Positions 38,801 to 48,947 of a stretch of DNA of 64,000 nt are shown here, piece after piece. The stretch's first letter is position 1; each line of letters starts with the position of its first letter. A program made the position numbers and the translations under genes. The stretch is from Lachnospiraceae bacterium (GTDB lineage: Bacteria; Bacillota; Clostridia; Lachnospirales; Lachnospiraceae), in the NCBI GenBank assembly GCA_014804345.1, contig JAAUZZ010000021.1, positions 116,923 through 180,922 of the forward strand, written 5' to 3'. The notes beneath the pieces were generated by a model. That model was not told the DNA's origin. It worked only from the letters and a program-made list of their open reading frames with translations, and did no database searches.

Positions 38801-41800
38801 TGTGCAATCCGCATCTGTATACAGTCCGCTAAGTGTGTGACCTGTTCTTGTAAAGGATGCCGGTACCATTGCCGACATTGATGCATATGATTTTCCTGCA
38901 ATAGCCTGTATCGTTTTTGCATCCGGAGAGTCGTCATAATTGTACTCAAACGAAAGTGTATAGTAAACTTCTTGCGATGCTCCGTTTGATACCGATACAT
39001 AGAACAGATTAATAGTATCCCCCTTTGTTATCTCATGAGCACCTCCTGACAATTCTACTGTAACTGTACCCTTACTATCTGTTGTATATTCTTTCCCGTC
39101 TACTTTTACCTTTTTCCCCGTTTCTGTTGAGGCAAATGCAAGAAACAGCGTTGCTCCATCATTACATGAAAATGACAACTTTGTTTTGGACTCCATTTTA
39201 AGACATTCTTTATATTCCGTGTCATTCACGGTAGTCGATCCCTTCGAATTGGAGTAGCTTCCATTTACAGTAAAGAAATCAGTATCACCATTAACCTTCA
39301 ATCCAGTAAAGTAAAGTTCATAATCTCCTGCCGCCGTACTTCCGCCACCAGATACATCATCGTCACCTGTGCCTGTGCCTGATCCTGTGCCTGAAGTTCC
39401 TATTGGTATCTCAAGTTCTTCAGACGCATCACATCTGACACACTCGCGTTGTTTTAATCCAGTCTCAGTTTCCGTAGCCTCTTTAACGACATTCCATGCA
39501 CCATAGGAATGTCCAAGCGCCGGAACAGGTTCCTCTTTCGTACCGCCCACAGTACATTCCCCTGAGCCTACACACGTATAAACAGTCTTACCTTCCGCTG
39601 TACATGAAGCCGATACTGACTTTGAAGAATCCTGCTTCCAGTTGTGATAATGCGCAGTCGAATCATGCTGTGTAATCTTCAAGCTGTTAATTGTCATATC
39701 CTTGAAAACAGCGATTGTTCCTTTTGAAGGATCGCCAGGCTGGAAAGTTTCAGCCTGTATCATATATCTGCCTGCCGGAAGGTCTACTGCACTTCCGTCT
39801 CCTGTAAGAAGATTTTCACCCTCCTCATTTACAAGGACACCAACAACTGCTTTCGATCCACTTGCATATTCAACTGTCAAATCAAAAGCCCCACCGACTT
39901 CAAACGCATAGACTGTCTTAGAAATCTTACCGGGTGCCTCCTCTTTTGGCAGACTCTCAAATTGATGAACCGTTGCCTTCGTCGCATTTACCATTCTGTC
40001 TATCACAGAATACTCACTTTTGGCAACCTTATCAGGTTGTTTTGGATTCTCAGCCATTACACCTGTCTGCGATACAATCGTTTTCCTCATATCTTCAAAA
40101 TCAGTTTGAAGCTCATAATCCTTACTCGGAATATAGGACTGTGAAGGTTCAGTATCAAATTTATCATATTTAATATTTCTTGCCGAAAATTGACAATTAT
40201 TGGAAACATATTCTGATTTGTCTTCAACAACAGTTCCCAGTGAACCTTTATTTTGTATTATACTTGCGATAGAATCGTTATAACTCTTTATTGCACCCGC
40301 TTCAACAGCCTGTGGGCTCTTACATGCATAAAAAATATTATATTCGGAATATATATATGCATCTGCTCTTGTATTTTGAGCATAGTCAGTCTGCATATCC
40401 CAGACATTATTGTACATATGTACATTTGCCCTACGTGTAAGAGGTCCTCTTGCTTTACACATATACCAATAATTGTGATGATATGTCAGATTAAACTGAA
40501 GGGAATAATCCGCTGAACCTACAAGGTTTGTCTTATGACAACTGTCAAAATAATTGTAGCTGCAGGTAAAATACTGGCCTCTCTTAAAATCTACCGAACC
40601 ATCACCTTCACTTTTATCTGATTCTGCAGGACTGGTAATTTCAGGACAGTAAAATTCATTATTGTGAATCCAACATCTCTCAACACTCGCCGTTAGATCT
40701 GAATCTGCTTTCTTACTTGCCTGCTGACCTTCCATACCGATAGCATCCTCAGGTGTGTTGATGAACGTAAGATTACGCACCTCAAAGCTTTTACCAAAAT
40801 TAGGGTCTGAAGTCTGCGCTATGTAATGGAAGCCCCAACCGTCAATCACTGCATCATATCCAATACCTTCAATTGTAATATCTTTTCCGGACTGGATACG
40901 TGCCATATGTCCGTTATCACCTGCTGTACCACCGTTATCCGTAGAATTATAAGTCGTAAGGCCTGTAATTTTACATTCTGAAGCAGCGCTAAACTTACCT
41001 TTCTCATAAAGTCCGGAATCAGACACCGTACCAATAAAGCGAATTACAAGCGGTTTCCCTGCTTTTGCAAGTTCTTTGATAATACCTTGATTGGTGTTGG
41101 CTTTACCGCCATTACTCGCCTTTCCGCCTCCTGCATCCTGCCCTACGGAATTAAGGATATTACCGATACCTTTTACTGTGATATTGCCAACCGTAAGTTC
41201 TACATCATTCTTATTTTCATCTGTAACATAAAGCACTTCCGCTTTATCTTTTAGCGTACCGTCATCATTATATGCACCGACACCATCCTTATAATTAAAA
41301 TGCGCAAATCCCGAACGGTCATAAGAATAAACCGTAATATTGCTTTTCTTAATCACATTAGCCGTGCCATTTACCGTAATGCTAAGTTCATAAGTACCTT
41401 CCTTAAGTCCCGGAATATCAATACGCGTACCTTTATTTCCTATCGTTCTTACAAGGAACTCCAAATCTTTTCCTTTGAGTTCTCCCGTTGTGGGTCCGCT
41501 ATACTTAACCGCTGTAATCGCACTGTCATCCGTCACCTTTGAAATCTCCGCATAAATGCTCTCATTCCAACCTCCTGCCGTAACATCAGATTCCGTAATC
41601 GAAAATGACGCAATTCCAACATTCTCCTGCGACATCTCCTCAGACTCTGTTTCACTTTCCTCTTCCGCACCGGAAGCCGAATCAGACTCTTCTTCTAATA
41701 CTTCCTCATACACAGGATCAGAAACCGTTTCCTTCGGTTCCGTATCTTCCTTCGCTTCTGTCTTCGTCTCCGTCTTTTCTTCCGTATTCTCTTCTACCTT

Positions 41801-42118
41801 TCCAGTATCGGCATCTTTGCCTTCATCCGAATCATTATCCTTTGAATTATCATCGGAAACATCATCCTTCGCAGCATCATCGGCATCCGCATCATCCGGA
41901 TTCTGCTCCTCACCTGCTGCTTCCTCTGCATCTGTATCATCAGAAACCGCATCATCCAGCCCATCTGCCTCCGGCATCGTGCCGAGATTTTCGGTCCCAT
42001 TTTGCGTTTCCACTTCCGCCGCATACACAGGCATACTCTGCGCCATCGGTGTAAACGTCATAGCAACGCTTAAAAGTATCGCTATCAACTTTTTACTCAT
42101 ATTACTTACCTTTTTCAT
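35876..42118 (-). CDS. Large secreted modular pectate lyase (PL1) with CBM77-like module, InlB-B/Flg_new repeats and C-terminal surface repeats
   Basis: Signal peptide and acidic linker; PL1 motifs ITIEGIG, WIHNNEF, DGSVDFK, HKTNLVG, TYHHNYW, RGPLTR, VHMYNN; CLKMESKT (CBM77-like); FDSNGGS..GYAFIGWY repeats; YTG..DYTVKY.NN..G.A.V...GKGNY repeats. Start may be 42100. Confidence 0.85.
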   Translation of the reverse strand: MKKVSNMSKKLIAILLSVAMTFTPMAQSMPVYAAEVETQNGTENLGTMPEADGLDDAVSDDTDAEEAAGEEQNPDDADADDAAKDDVSDDNSKDNDSDEGKDADTGKVEENTEEKTETKTEAKEDTEPKETVSDPVYEEVLEEESDSASGAEEESETESEEMSQENVGIASFSITESDVTAGGWNESIYAEISKVTDDSAITAVKYSGPTTGELKGKDLEFLVRTIGNKGTRIDIPGLKEGTYELSITVNGTANVIKKSNITVYSYDRSGFAHFNYKDGVGAYNDDGTLKDKAEVLYVTDENKNDVELTVGNITVKGIGNILNSVGQDAGGGKASNGGKANTNQGIIKELAKAGKPLVIRFIGTVSDSGLYEKGKFSAASECKITGLTTYNSTDNGGTAGDNGHMARIQSGKDITIEGIGYDAVIDGWGFHYIAQTSDPNFGKSFEVRNLTFINTPEDAIGMEGQQASKKADSDLTASVERCWIHNNEFYCPEITSPAESDKSEGDGSVDFKRGQYFTCSYNYFDSCHKTNLVGSADYSLQFNLTYHHNYWYMCKARGPLTRRANVHMYNNVWDMQTDYAQNTRADAYIYSEYNIFYACKSPQAVEAGAIKSYNDSIASIIQNKGSLGTVVEDKSEYVSNNCQFSARNIKYDKFDTEPSQSYIPSKDYELQTDFEDMRKTIVSQTGVMAENPKQPDKVAKSEYSVIDRMVNATKATVHQFESLPKEEAPGKISKTVYAFEVGGAFDLTVEYASGSKAVVGVLVNEEGENLLTGDGSAVDLPAGRYMIQAETFQPGDPSKGTIAVFKDMTINSLKITQHDSTAHYHNWKQDSSKSVSASCTAEGKTVYTCVGSGECTVGGTKEEPVPALGHSYGAWNVVKEATETETGLKQRECVRCDASEELEIPIGTSGTGSGTGTGDDDVSGGGSTAAGDYELYFTGLKVNGDTDFFTVNGSYSNSKGSTTVNDTEYKECLKMESKTKLSFSCNDGATLFLAFASTETGKKVKVDGKEYTTDSKGTVTVELSGGAHEITKGDTINLFYVSVSNGASQEVYYTLSFEYNYDDSPDAKTIQAIAGKSYASMSAMVPASFTRTGHTLSGLYTDADCTQAVTYPYVVKANATLYADWEESGDDEVAYSLIFDSNGGSAVATVRIASSQIYEIKQKPTRNGYAFIGWYDKLEEEGSNLVSFVDGSELTANKTVYAHWYELPTSTHTLDCNTAFRNGQDITGKTTISGFTIHALSGANGSTKYYMTATTSGSDSTVKLGTNGVLITDKTIQGNDDALLKSIEFEAKGKGALSVEVELSGNGTAGKKYDIVLAKKTSDNPLTYEEVSRTAISSVTTPAKQTMEFAIDAAGTYYVYPEGDKGVRYHKLTFTEETTEELYTILYQAGIGTAPAGLQPVVKKAGEKITLPGACTAASGYEFKGWSVDGETVLPGTSYTVDEEDSMGGVITIMALYESKSYTLKYDAGEGTLPEGIQNNASVKAGQVIDLTKVGNCIPKDGYEFKGWKVGNSDRIVKSSYTVNATDAGTDGVITLTAVYEEEGIGNNPNPPSDNKKTGMEIVFVNKEKTYVYTGAKIIPEFDVYDYDADEERQLLVQGVDYTVKYTNNVKVSEQESATVTVMGKGNYVGKDAQDTFTIISAQGPTNVMDENLKDLKGAKLVVAKSVMYTGEAQYPEFTLTTKEDGNSVEKTYIWNTTDKVYYDKDDQTKTPILAKVAVSNNINKGTATIVITGAPGKNGKATTIKNTFKILPVDLSKCEVFLSSSAVTNGDDPIIKPITAEYAVKGAVPEKIYVQVRYTPEEGKPEVIKNLEKGRDYTVKYSSNKTVGVEGKIVITGKGNYAKAYKDGKFGITQFDMSKGNVSSLAVYEGMKVDKINEKAATVVDKAGDTLKPSQYTLEVTAKRPAAKANAQPTDLTAADKLEVGDLITVTATGTDTTNLTAETTQSETFTVGRNIAKAKFELVQVIDGKKVKVVKPYTGKEIELENGDLLVTYKGKDKDGKPFTDTLKMLGSEGEGEKAAYEIVSYSNNINKGTATAVIKGTGDYSGTKTIKFKIGQKTLTFEKVKSIIDNLNGLFHE

Positions 42119-42159
42119 TTAAAGATCATATTCCTTTCTTATTCAATGTTGTAGACTCC

Positions 42160-43107
42160 TCAAATTCCGTGATATTGTCTACCTGCGGCAATATCTGCCT
42201 GCATCTGCGCCTTAAGATTGTCTACTCCCTCAAAGCGCATCTCAGGTCTTTTGTATGCGAGCAAATATACATCCATGTATTCGCCGTATACATCCGCGTT
42301 AAAATCGTATATATACGTTTCCACCCCCATTCGATTTTGATCATTTACCGTAGGTTTTGTCCCGATATTTGTAATAGACGGAAGTCGTATGTCATGATAT
42401 GACCGACTGTCTTTTTCGCTGTGCAGATACACATACGAATAATATACCCCCTTTGGCGGCAAAAGTTTTTCTCTCGGCGGCAAAAGGTTTACTGTCGGCA
42501 TCCCGAGCGTCCTCCCGAGTTTTTTTCCGTGTATGATTTCTCCTCCTACATGGTACGGTACGCCAAGCAGTACAGATACAAGCTCCATATCACCCTCTTT
42601 TACTGCTTTTCGCACAAATGTCGAACTTACCTCATTTTGATTATACAGCACTTTGTCTATAATCACAACATGATATTCGGTTTTTTTCGCCATTTTCTCC
42701 AAAAGCGCATAATCGCCTGCCCCATGCCTCCCGTAAGACACGTCGTCACCCGCCACCACGCATTTGGCATGGAGCATTCCGACCAATACCTCTTCTATAA
42801 ATACTTCCGGCTCCATGTCCGCAACTTCTTGCGCAAACGGAAACTCCACAAGATAGTCAACGCCTGCCTGCGCAAAAATCCTGCGTTTTTCTGCCACGGT
42901 TGATAATTCCTGTATCGGCGCGCCGCTAAAAAATGCCGCGGGCGAAGGCACAAAAGTAAAGACCACCGATTTCAGCCCTCTGCTTTTTTGTATATCAAGC
43001 TGTTGCAAGAGCTTTTGGTGGCCCAAGTGGAAACCGTCAAATTTACCAATAACAACGGCAGTCGGCTCCTCTATATGAAATTTTGTCGTGTTTTCTATTA
43101 TCTTCAT
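42160..43107 (-). CDS. ribF: Bifunctional riboflavin kinase / FAD synthetase
   Basis: GKFDGFHLGHQ, VSSTFVR, GKKLGRTLGMPTVN, NIGTKPT, RPEMRF. Confidence 0.97.
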   Translation of the reverse strand: MKIIENTTKFHIEEPTAVVIGKFDGFHLGHQKLLQQLDIQKSRGLKSVVFTFVPSPAAFFSGAPIQELSTVAEKRRIFAQAGVDYLVEFPFAQEVADMEPEVFIEEVLVGMLHAKCVVAGDDVSYGRHGAGDYALLEKMAKKTEYHVVIIDKVLYNQNEVSSTFVRKAVKEGDMELVSVLLGVPYHVGGEIIHGKKLGRTLGMPTVNLLPPREKLLPPKGVYYSYVYLHSEKDSRSYHDIRLPSITNIGTKPTVNDQNRMGVETYIYDFNADVYGEYMDVYLLAYKRPEMRFEGVDNLKAQMQADIAAGRQYHGI

Positions 43108-43130
43108 ATAAAAAAACGTTTCCTTTTATT

Positions 43131-44033
43131 CTATAAAAACATTTTATAGGGCTTAAAGCCGCCCTCTTTTTTGACAAATGTATAAATCGCTTTAAACTCT
43201 CTTTTTTCATCATAAACGCGGAGCATGTCCCCGTCGTGAAAAAAGATCTTATTATCAAAATCAAGCTGCCGCAAAGACAGCTTATTTCCGTTTAGCAACG
43301 CATTCTGCGCTTCAGGCATTACCACAGCGCCCTCATAGTCCATAAAAATACTGTCGGATGCCATGACAATTTTTTCACAATCCCCCCGCTTTACAATCTC
43401 CTCAATTTCCGAGAGTGTAAGCGCGTCCTCGATTCTGAAATTTCCTACCCTTGTGCGCTTTAGCGACTCCATTGCCGCGCCGCACCCAAGCCGTTCACCA
43501 ATATCAGCGCACAAAGCGCGGATATATGTCCCCTTTGAACATTCCACCACAAACCGCGCATAAGGACGCGCAATCTCGATGATGCGGATATTTGGAATGT
43601 CCACATGACGAGGCTTTCTTTCAACTTCCTTTCCCTGCCTTGCAAGCTCATAAAGCCTTTTGCCGTTTACTTTGAGAGCTGAGTACATCGGGGGAATTTG
43701 CTCATAGCCCCCCACAAATCCCATGATTGCAGTTTCTATTGCCGCCGCGTCAACCGCCACCTCATTTTCGGCGATAACCGCGCCGCTCATATCCTGTGTA
43801 TCCGTCGTAACGCCAAGACGCATACACACTTCATACTCCTTGCTCTTGTCTGTCATTAAATCGCATAGCTTTGTCGCATTTCCAAAGCAGACAGGAAGCA
43901 CGCCCACTGCATCGGGGTCAAGCGTCCCTGTATGCCCAATCTTTCTCTGCCCGACAATCCCCCGCAGTTTTGCCACCACATCATGCGAAGTAAAACCGGC
44001 TTCCTTGTAGATGTTGATTATACCGTTTATCAT
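43131..44033 (-). CDS. truB: tRNA pseudouridine(55) synthase
   Basis: TSHDVV, GHTGTLDP, PPMYSALK, CSKGTYIR. Confidence 0.97.
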   Translation of the reverse strand: MINGIINIYKEAGFTSHDVVAKLRGIVGQRKIGHTGTLDPDAVGVLPVCFGNATKLCDLMTDKSKEYEVCMRLGVTTDTQDMSGAVIAENEVAVDAAAIETAIMGFVGGYEQIPPMYSALKVNGKRLYELARQGKEVERKPRHVDIPNIRIIEIARPYARFVVECSKGTYIRALCADIGERLGCGAAMESLKRTRVGNFRIEDALTLSEIEEIVKRGDCEKIVMASDSIFMDYEGAVVMPEAQNALLNGNKLSLRQLDFDNKIFFHDGDMLRVYDEKREFKAIYTFVKKEGGFKPYKMFL

Positions 44034-44998
44034 ATCTTTCCAAGTTCCTTCATCTGACGCTCTATCTGTTTTGAAATATTGTTGACGACATCATGAAAAG
44101 TCCCGCTCATGTTGCAGCCTGCCGCCCTGACATGACCGCCGCCGCCAAAATACGAAGCAACCTTGCTGACATCGATATAGTTGCAGGAACGCAGACTGAC
44201 CTTATATTCCTGAATTCCTGTTTCATACATAAAGATTGCACATTCCACACCCTTGATAATACGCAGTTGATTGATAATGCCGTCCAAATCCCCCGGATTC
44301 GCATTATAAAACGAGAGAATCTTCTGATTGATTGCGCTAACGATACACTTTCCGTCCATAAACACAATGCTCTCCAAAAGCGCTCTTCCCAAAAGCTGGT
44401 TCTGCACATATGTCTTTTCATAAAATGTTTCATCGATGATTGCAGGAAAATCAAACTCATATTCCAACAAATCCGCCGCGATCCGCATCGTTTTCGGCGA
44501 GGTGTTTGAATATTTAAAAATTCCCGTATCATGGATAATCCCTATGTAAATTGCTTTTGCAAGCTCCTCGTCCATGTAGCTTTTGTCAATCAGCTCATAG
44601 ACAAGCTCTGCCGTAGAGCTAAGTCTGGGCATCACATAATTCACATCACCACAACCGAGTTTATTACTCACATGATGGTCTATGTTGATGCGCCTTTTCG
44701 CATTTTCAAAAAGCGCTTCCGCCTCTCCAAGCCGTGATTTTTCACAGTCAAGCGCGATAAATACATCCGGCGCTTTGGCTGAAAAACTACTGTCTATCTT
44801 CTCAATATCCTTTATGCAGTTAAAAATATCGGCAGGTTTTTCAAGACAGACCGTAATCTCTGCGTCGGCGAGCGCCTTCTTCAAATAAAGGTACATCGCC
44901 ATACAAGATCCGATACAGTCGCCGTCCGGTCTGACATGCCCCGAAATCACAATACTCTTGGCGTCCCTGCATTCTTCTAACAAATTTAATTTTTTCAT
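44030..44998 (-). CDS. nrnA: DHH/DHHA1 oligoribonuclease / pAp phosphatase
   Basis: GHVRPDGDCIGS, IDHH, DTG, SLRS, GGGGH; conserved rbfA-DHH-truB position. Confidence 0.88.
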   Translation of the reverse strand: MKKLNLLEECRDAKSIVISGHVRPDGDCIGSCMAMYLYLKKALADAEITVCLEKPADIFNCIKDIEKIDSSFSAKAPDVFIALDCEKSRLGEAEALFENAKRRINIDHHVSNKLGCGDVNYVMPRLSSTAELVYELIDKSYMDEELAKAIYIGIIHDTGIFKYSNTSPKTMRIAADLLEYEFDFPAIIDETFYEKTYVQNQLLGRALLESIVFMDGKCIVSAINQKILSFYNANPGDLDGIINQLRIIKGVECAIFMYETGIQEYKVSLRSCNYIDVSKVASYFGGGGHVRAAGCNMSGTFHDVVNNISKQIERQMKELGKI

Positions 44999-45054
44999 CT
45001 AAATTATTTCACTCCTACAAAAACGAATTTATTCGTTTTACTCTTATATATAAA

Positions 45055-45441
45055 TTATTCAACGTGCCTTGCGTCGTCCTCTCTGTTAATGTCGTCAATC
45101 TTCTTCGTCATCGACACGCCGTATGCAATCGACTGATCCAAGATAAATTTGATTTCCGGCGTGTTTCGTAAATTGATTTCCTTTGCAAGAAGATTTCGAA
45201 TATAGCCCTCGGCGCTTTTTAATCCCTCAATCGTGCTTTTTTGCGACTCCTCATTGCCAAGTACGCTGATCCACGCCTTACAGGTCTTTAAATCCGGCGC
45301 CACTTCCACTGTGACAACCGAAGTCATGGGATTGATCCTTGGGTCTTTTATCTCACTTCTGATAATCTCCGCAAGAGCACGATGCACTTCACCGTTCACA
45401 CGTGTATTTTTAACACTGTTTTTTCTCATATTAATAACCAT
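45055..45441 (-). CDS. rbfA: Ribosome-binding factor A
   Basis: EIKDPR, VAPDLK, LRNTPEIKF; start 45441 or 45429. Confidence 0.96.
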   Translation of the reverse strand: MVINMRKNSVKNTRVNGEVHRALAEIIRSEIKDPRINPMTSVVTVEVAPDLKTCKAWISVLGNEESQKSTIEGLKSAEGYIRNLLAKEINLRNTPEIKFILDQSIAYGVSMTKKIDDINREDDARHVE

Positions 45442-45515
45442 GCTCCTCTCTCAACCTGCGAATTTGTGCCCCAGCACAAATTTGCCGTGTGAAAAATTAT
45501 TAATTTTTCACACTA
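45438..45515. repeat. Family B element (long form) between infB and rbfA
   Basis: ccatgctcctctctcaacctgcgaatttgtgccccagcacaaatttgccgtgtgaaaaa-ttattaa-tttttcacacta. Confidence 0.88.
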
Positions 45516-45521
45516 ACCCCT

Positions 45522-48344
45522 TTAGCGCGGTACCTCTACCATAATATATGCCTCTACAATATCAAGCTCCTGCATACTGTCAAAGCCTTCAAACACAAGA
45601 CCACACTCAAAGCCTGCCTTCACTTCCTTGACATCGTCTTTAAAGCGTTTCAGTGATGCAAGTTCTCCTTCGTAAATCTGCTCACCCTCACGCGTGATGC
45701 GAATCTTGCAGCCTCTCTGGAACATACCGTCAAGCACATACGAACCCGCAATATTGCCGACTGCCGATGCCTTGAAAATCTGCCGTACCTCGGCATGACC
45801 GATAACCTTCTCCTCAAAGATCGGATCGAGCATACCCTTCATCGCCGCCTCGATATCTTCAATCGCCTGATAAATAACCTTATAAAGTCTTACATCGACA
45901 CCTTCGCGCTCTGACGTGGCTTTTGCCTGTGCGTCGGGACGCACGTTAAATCCAATGATAATCGCATTGGAAGCCGATGCAAGAATAACATCCGATTCGT
46001 TGATTGCGCCGACACCGCCGTGAATGCACTTGACAACAACTTCCTCGTTGGAAAGTTTCACAAGGCTCTGCTTCACTGCCTCCACGCTTCCCTGAACGTC
46101 AGCCTTGATGATCAAATTCAGCTCTTTTAAGTTGCCCGCCTGAATCTGTGAGAACAAATCGTCAAGCGACATCTTAGCCTTAGTATCCTCTAAAAGCTTT
46201 TCTTTATTCTGTGCGACAAAGGTTTCGGCATAATATTTTGCCTCTTTGTCGTTTTCATGCGCAATAAAGATTTCACCCGCGTTCGGCACATCGCCAAGCC
46301 CTAAAATTTCCACCGGTGTGGAAGGACCCGCCTCCTTAACGCGTCTGCCCTTGTCGTCAACCATCGCACGCACCTTGCCGCTTGCCGCGCCCGCCGACAC
46401 GAAATCGCCAACTTTCAACGTACCTTTCTGTACAAGAATTGTCGCAACCGGTCCGCGTCCTTTGTCAAGCTCTGCCTCGATGACAAGACCTCTCGCACGT
46501 CTGTTCGGATTCGCTTTGAGTTCCAGCACCTCCGCCGTCAAAAGAATCATCTCAAGGAGCTGCTCAATACCTTCCCCGCTCTTTGCCGAAACGGGCACAA
46601 AGATCGTACTTCCGCCCCAATCCTCGGAAATCAGCTCATATTCCGTAAGCTCCTGTTTCACACGTTCAATATTTGCGCCCGGCTTATCAATCTTGTTGAC
46701 CGCAACAATAATCTCAATGCCCGCCGCCTTCGCATGGTTGATCGCCTCAACCGTCTGCGGCATTACACCGTCGTCCGCCGCTACCACAAGGATTGCAATG
46801 TCGGTAGAATTTGCCCCACGCATACGCATCGCGGTAAACGCCTCGTGTCCCGGCGTATCCAAAAACGTAATCTTCTGGTCGTTGATATTGACCGTATAAG
46901 CGCCGATATGCTGTGTGATACCGCCTGCTTCTTTGTCAGTTACGTTTGTCTTTCTGATTGCGTCAAGAAGCGATGTCTTACCGTGGTCAACATGACCCAT
47001 AACGCAGATAACGGGCGGTCTTGCCACCATTGCGTTCGGATCCTCCTCGTCCTCCTTCAAAAGCTCCTCAATAACATCAACCTTGACCTCCTGCTCGCAG
47101 ATAATATCATACTCGATCGCAATATTCTCCGCCGTTTCATAAGTCACTTCCTGATTGACCGTCACAATCTGTCCCTGTAAAAACAATTTTTTCACGATCG
47201 CCGACGGCTGGATCTTCATCTTCTCCGCAAGTTCTTTGATAGTGATGGTTTCAGGAAGAGTAATCACCTTAATCTTCTCCTCAACCGTTTCCACAGGCTT
47301 TTTCTCCGGTTTGATAAACTTGCCGGGCTTATTTTTGCCCTTGATATTCTTGATATTGTCGCCGTCGTCCTCATACATGAAGTCTTTGCGGTTACGCTTA
47401 TCCTTCTCCTGACCAATGCGGCGTTTCTCCTCATCTCTGTGCTTTTCGGGCTCCTTAAGCGGGCTGTCGGGCACAAATCCGCCGCTCTTTCCGGATCCTT
47501 TTGCGCCAAAACCGCCACGATTGTTGTCACGACCGCCGCCAAAGTTTTGTCCGTCACGTCTTCCGCCGCCAAAGCTCTGCCCATCACGACGCTGTCCGTC
47601 ACGGCGACCGCCGTTGTTATCCCGCTGTCCGTCACGGCGTTGTCCGTCACGGCGACCGCCATTATTGTCCCTGCCATTATCTCGTTGTCCGTCACGACGC
47701 TGTCCGTCGCGTCTTATGCCGTTATTATCCGTCCTGTTTTCGCTTCTTTGCATAACAGGTCTTTCCGCCCTGGGCTGCGCTGCTGCGTCAGCTTTTGGCG
47801 CCTCCGATACCGGTGCGGACTTTACTGTATCTACAGATTCTACCGCCTTCTTGGGCTGTTCTCTCACTTCAGATGCATGCTTTGCCGCCTCCGCCGCAGG
47901 TGCGGGTTTTACCGTTTTTGCCGGCTCAACTTTCTTTTCAACAGGACGCACAGGATTTTTCGGCACCTGTGACCCTTTCATTCTCGAATTGTCGGGATTG
48001 CTGACAAATATTATGCTTTTCTTCTTCTTAACGGGTGCGGGCTTTTGCGCTGCTTGTGGCGCCTCTGCCGTTTTGGGCTTTTCCCCCGCCTTTGACGTCT
48101 CTGCCGTCTTGGGCTTTTCCTCTGTCTTTGGCGTCTCTGCCGTCTTGGGCTTTTCCTCTGCCTTTGGCGCCTTATCGGACTTCGCAGACCCTTTGAGCGT
48201 CTTTCTTATCTCCTCAATCTGGTCGTCCTCCAATGCACTCATGTGCTTTTTTCCTTCGATTCCTTTACTTTCCAATATTGCCAAGATCTCAGCGTTCTCC
48301 ACACCGATTTCCTTCGCAAGCTCATACACTTTCATTTTTGCCAT
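45522..48344 (-). CDS. infB: Translation initiation factor IF-2
   Basis: [39 protein letters not shown]. Confidence 0.98.
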   Translation of the reverse strand: MAKMKVYELAKEIGVENAEILAILESKGIEGKKHMSALEDDQIEEIRKTLKGSAKSDKAPKAEEKPKTAETPKTEEKPKTAETSKAGEKPKTAEAPQAAQKPAPVKKKKSIIFVSNPDNSRMKGSQVPKNPVRPVEKKVEPAKTVKPAPAAEAAKHASEVREQPKKAVESVDTVKSAPVSEAPKADAAAQPRAERPVMQRSENRTDNNGIRRDGQRRDGQRDNGRDNNGGRRDGQRRDGQRDNNGGRRDGQRRDGQSFGGGRRDGQNFGGGRDNNRGGFGAKGSGKSGGFVPDSPLKEPEKHRDEEKRRIGQEKDKRNRKDFMYEDDGDNIKNIKGKNKPGKFIKPEKKPVETVEEKIKVITLPETITIKELAEKMKIQPSAIVKKLFLQGQIVTVNQEVTYETAENIAIEYDIICEQEVKVDVIEELLKEDEEDPNAMVARPPVICVMGHVDHGKTSLLDAIRKTNVTDKEAGGITQHIGAYTVNINDQKITFLDTPGHEAFTAMRMRGANSTDIAILVVAADDGVMPQTVEAINHAKAAGIEIIVAVNKIDKPGANIERVKQELTEYELISEDWGGSTIFVPVSAKSGEGIEQLLEMILLTAEVLELKANPNRRARGLVIEAELDKGRGPVATILVQKGTLKVGDFVSAGAASGKVRAMVDDKGRRVKEAGPSTPVEILGLGDVPNAGEIFIAHENDKEAKYYAETFVAQNKEKLLEDTKAKMSLDDLFSQIQAGNLKELNLIIKADVQGSVEAVKQSLVKLSNEEVVVKCIHGGVGAINESDVILASASNAIIIGFNVRPDAQAKATSEREGVDVRLYKVIYQAIEDIEAAMKGMLDPIFEEKVIGHAEVRQIFKASAVGNIAGSYVLDGMFQRGCKIRITREGEQIYEGELASLKRFKDDVKEVKAGFECGLVFEGFDSMQELDIVEAYIMVEVPR
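47521..47730 (-). repeat. Low-complexity RRDGQ/DNNGG coding repeats in infB
   Basis: Recurrent tgtccgtcacg units encoding RRDGQ. Confidence 0.85.
48061..48168 (-). repeat. 3 x 36-bp tandem repeat in infB
   Basis: g(c/t)ctctgccgt(t/c)ttgggcttttcc...ctttg(a/g)c three times; encodes [10 protein letters not shown]. Confidence 0.9.
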
Positions 48345-48373
48345 ATTCTATCATACCCTTTCCAAATGCGATT

Positions 48374-48688
48374 CTATTCGCAGTTACCCAACTGTTCCAA
48401 GCGTTTTTCTATCGCCCCAGCAAAATTTTCATCCGTAATTGCAAGAGAAGATCGCATCCCTTTTCCAATCGCGTACCCGAGTTCCTCCTTGGTTCCGAAA
48501 AAATATCTCGGCACCTCGTAAAACTTACACATATTGGTAAACATCTTCTTTGTATTGTTCGATGCGTCTTCCGACACGATAACCAAATACGCATGACCGC
48601 TCTTTACGCTCTTTTCCGTCGAAACTTCTCCGCTTGCCACTTTACCCGCTTTCATCGCCATTCCCAGCATCGCGTACACTTTTTTCAA
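48374..48688 (-). CDS. ylxQ: L7Ae family RNA-binding protein YlxQ
   Basis: LGMAMKAGKVASGE, DASNNTKK, ELGYAIGK. Confidence 0.92.
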   Translation of the reverse strand: MKKVYAMLGMAMKAGKVASGEVSTEKSVKSGHAYLVIVSEDASNNTKKMFTNMCKFYEVPRYFFGTKEELGYAIGKGMRSSLAITDENFAGAIEKRLEQLGNCE

Positions 48689-48947
48689 ATGCTTCTATCT
48701 CCTTTGTTAAACTGTCATAGATTTCGTCGGGCACTTGCATTTTAAACGACCGCTCAAGTCCCTTTGCCTTCTTCGCCCTTTTCAGGCATTCTGCATTCGG
48801 ACATATGTAAGCGCCTCTGCCGTTTTTCCGCCCCGTTGCATCAAGAAGGATTCCCTCTTGTTCGGTGCGCAGAATTCTCAGCAGCTCCTTTTTACTCTTC
48901 AACTCACCACAGCCAATGCATTGTCTTACCGGAATTTTTTTTGCCAT
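48642..48947 (-). CDS. ylxR: YlxR/RnpM family RNA-binding protein
   Basis: PVRQCIGC, KKELLRI, GRGAYIC. Confidence 0.93.
   Translation of the reverse strand: MAKKIPVRQCIGCGELKSKKELLRILRTEQEGILLDATGRKNGRGAYICPNAECLKRAKKAKGLERSFKMQVPDEIYDSLTKEIEAFEKSVRDAGNGDESG

Noticed and set aside
42115-42129. Mini-ORF MIFK overlapping the first ATG of the pectate lyase
   Set aside because: SD spacing is too short for it and the lyase may start at 42100; probably chance
47416-48438. 340-aa + strand ORF with RRCPSRR repeats
   Set aside because: Antisense shadow of the repetitive infB N-terminus; no RBS or domain evidence
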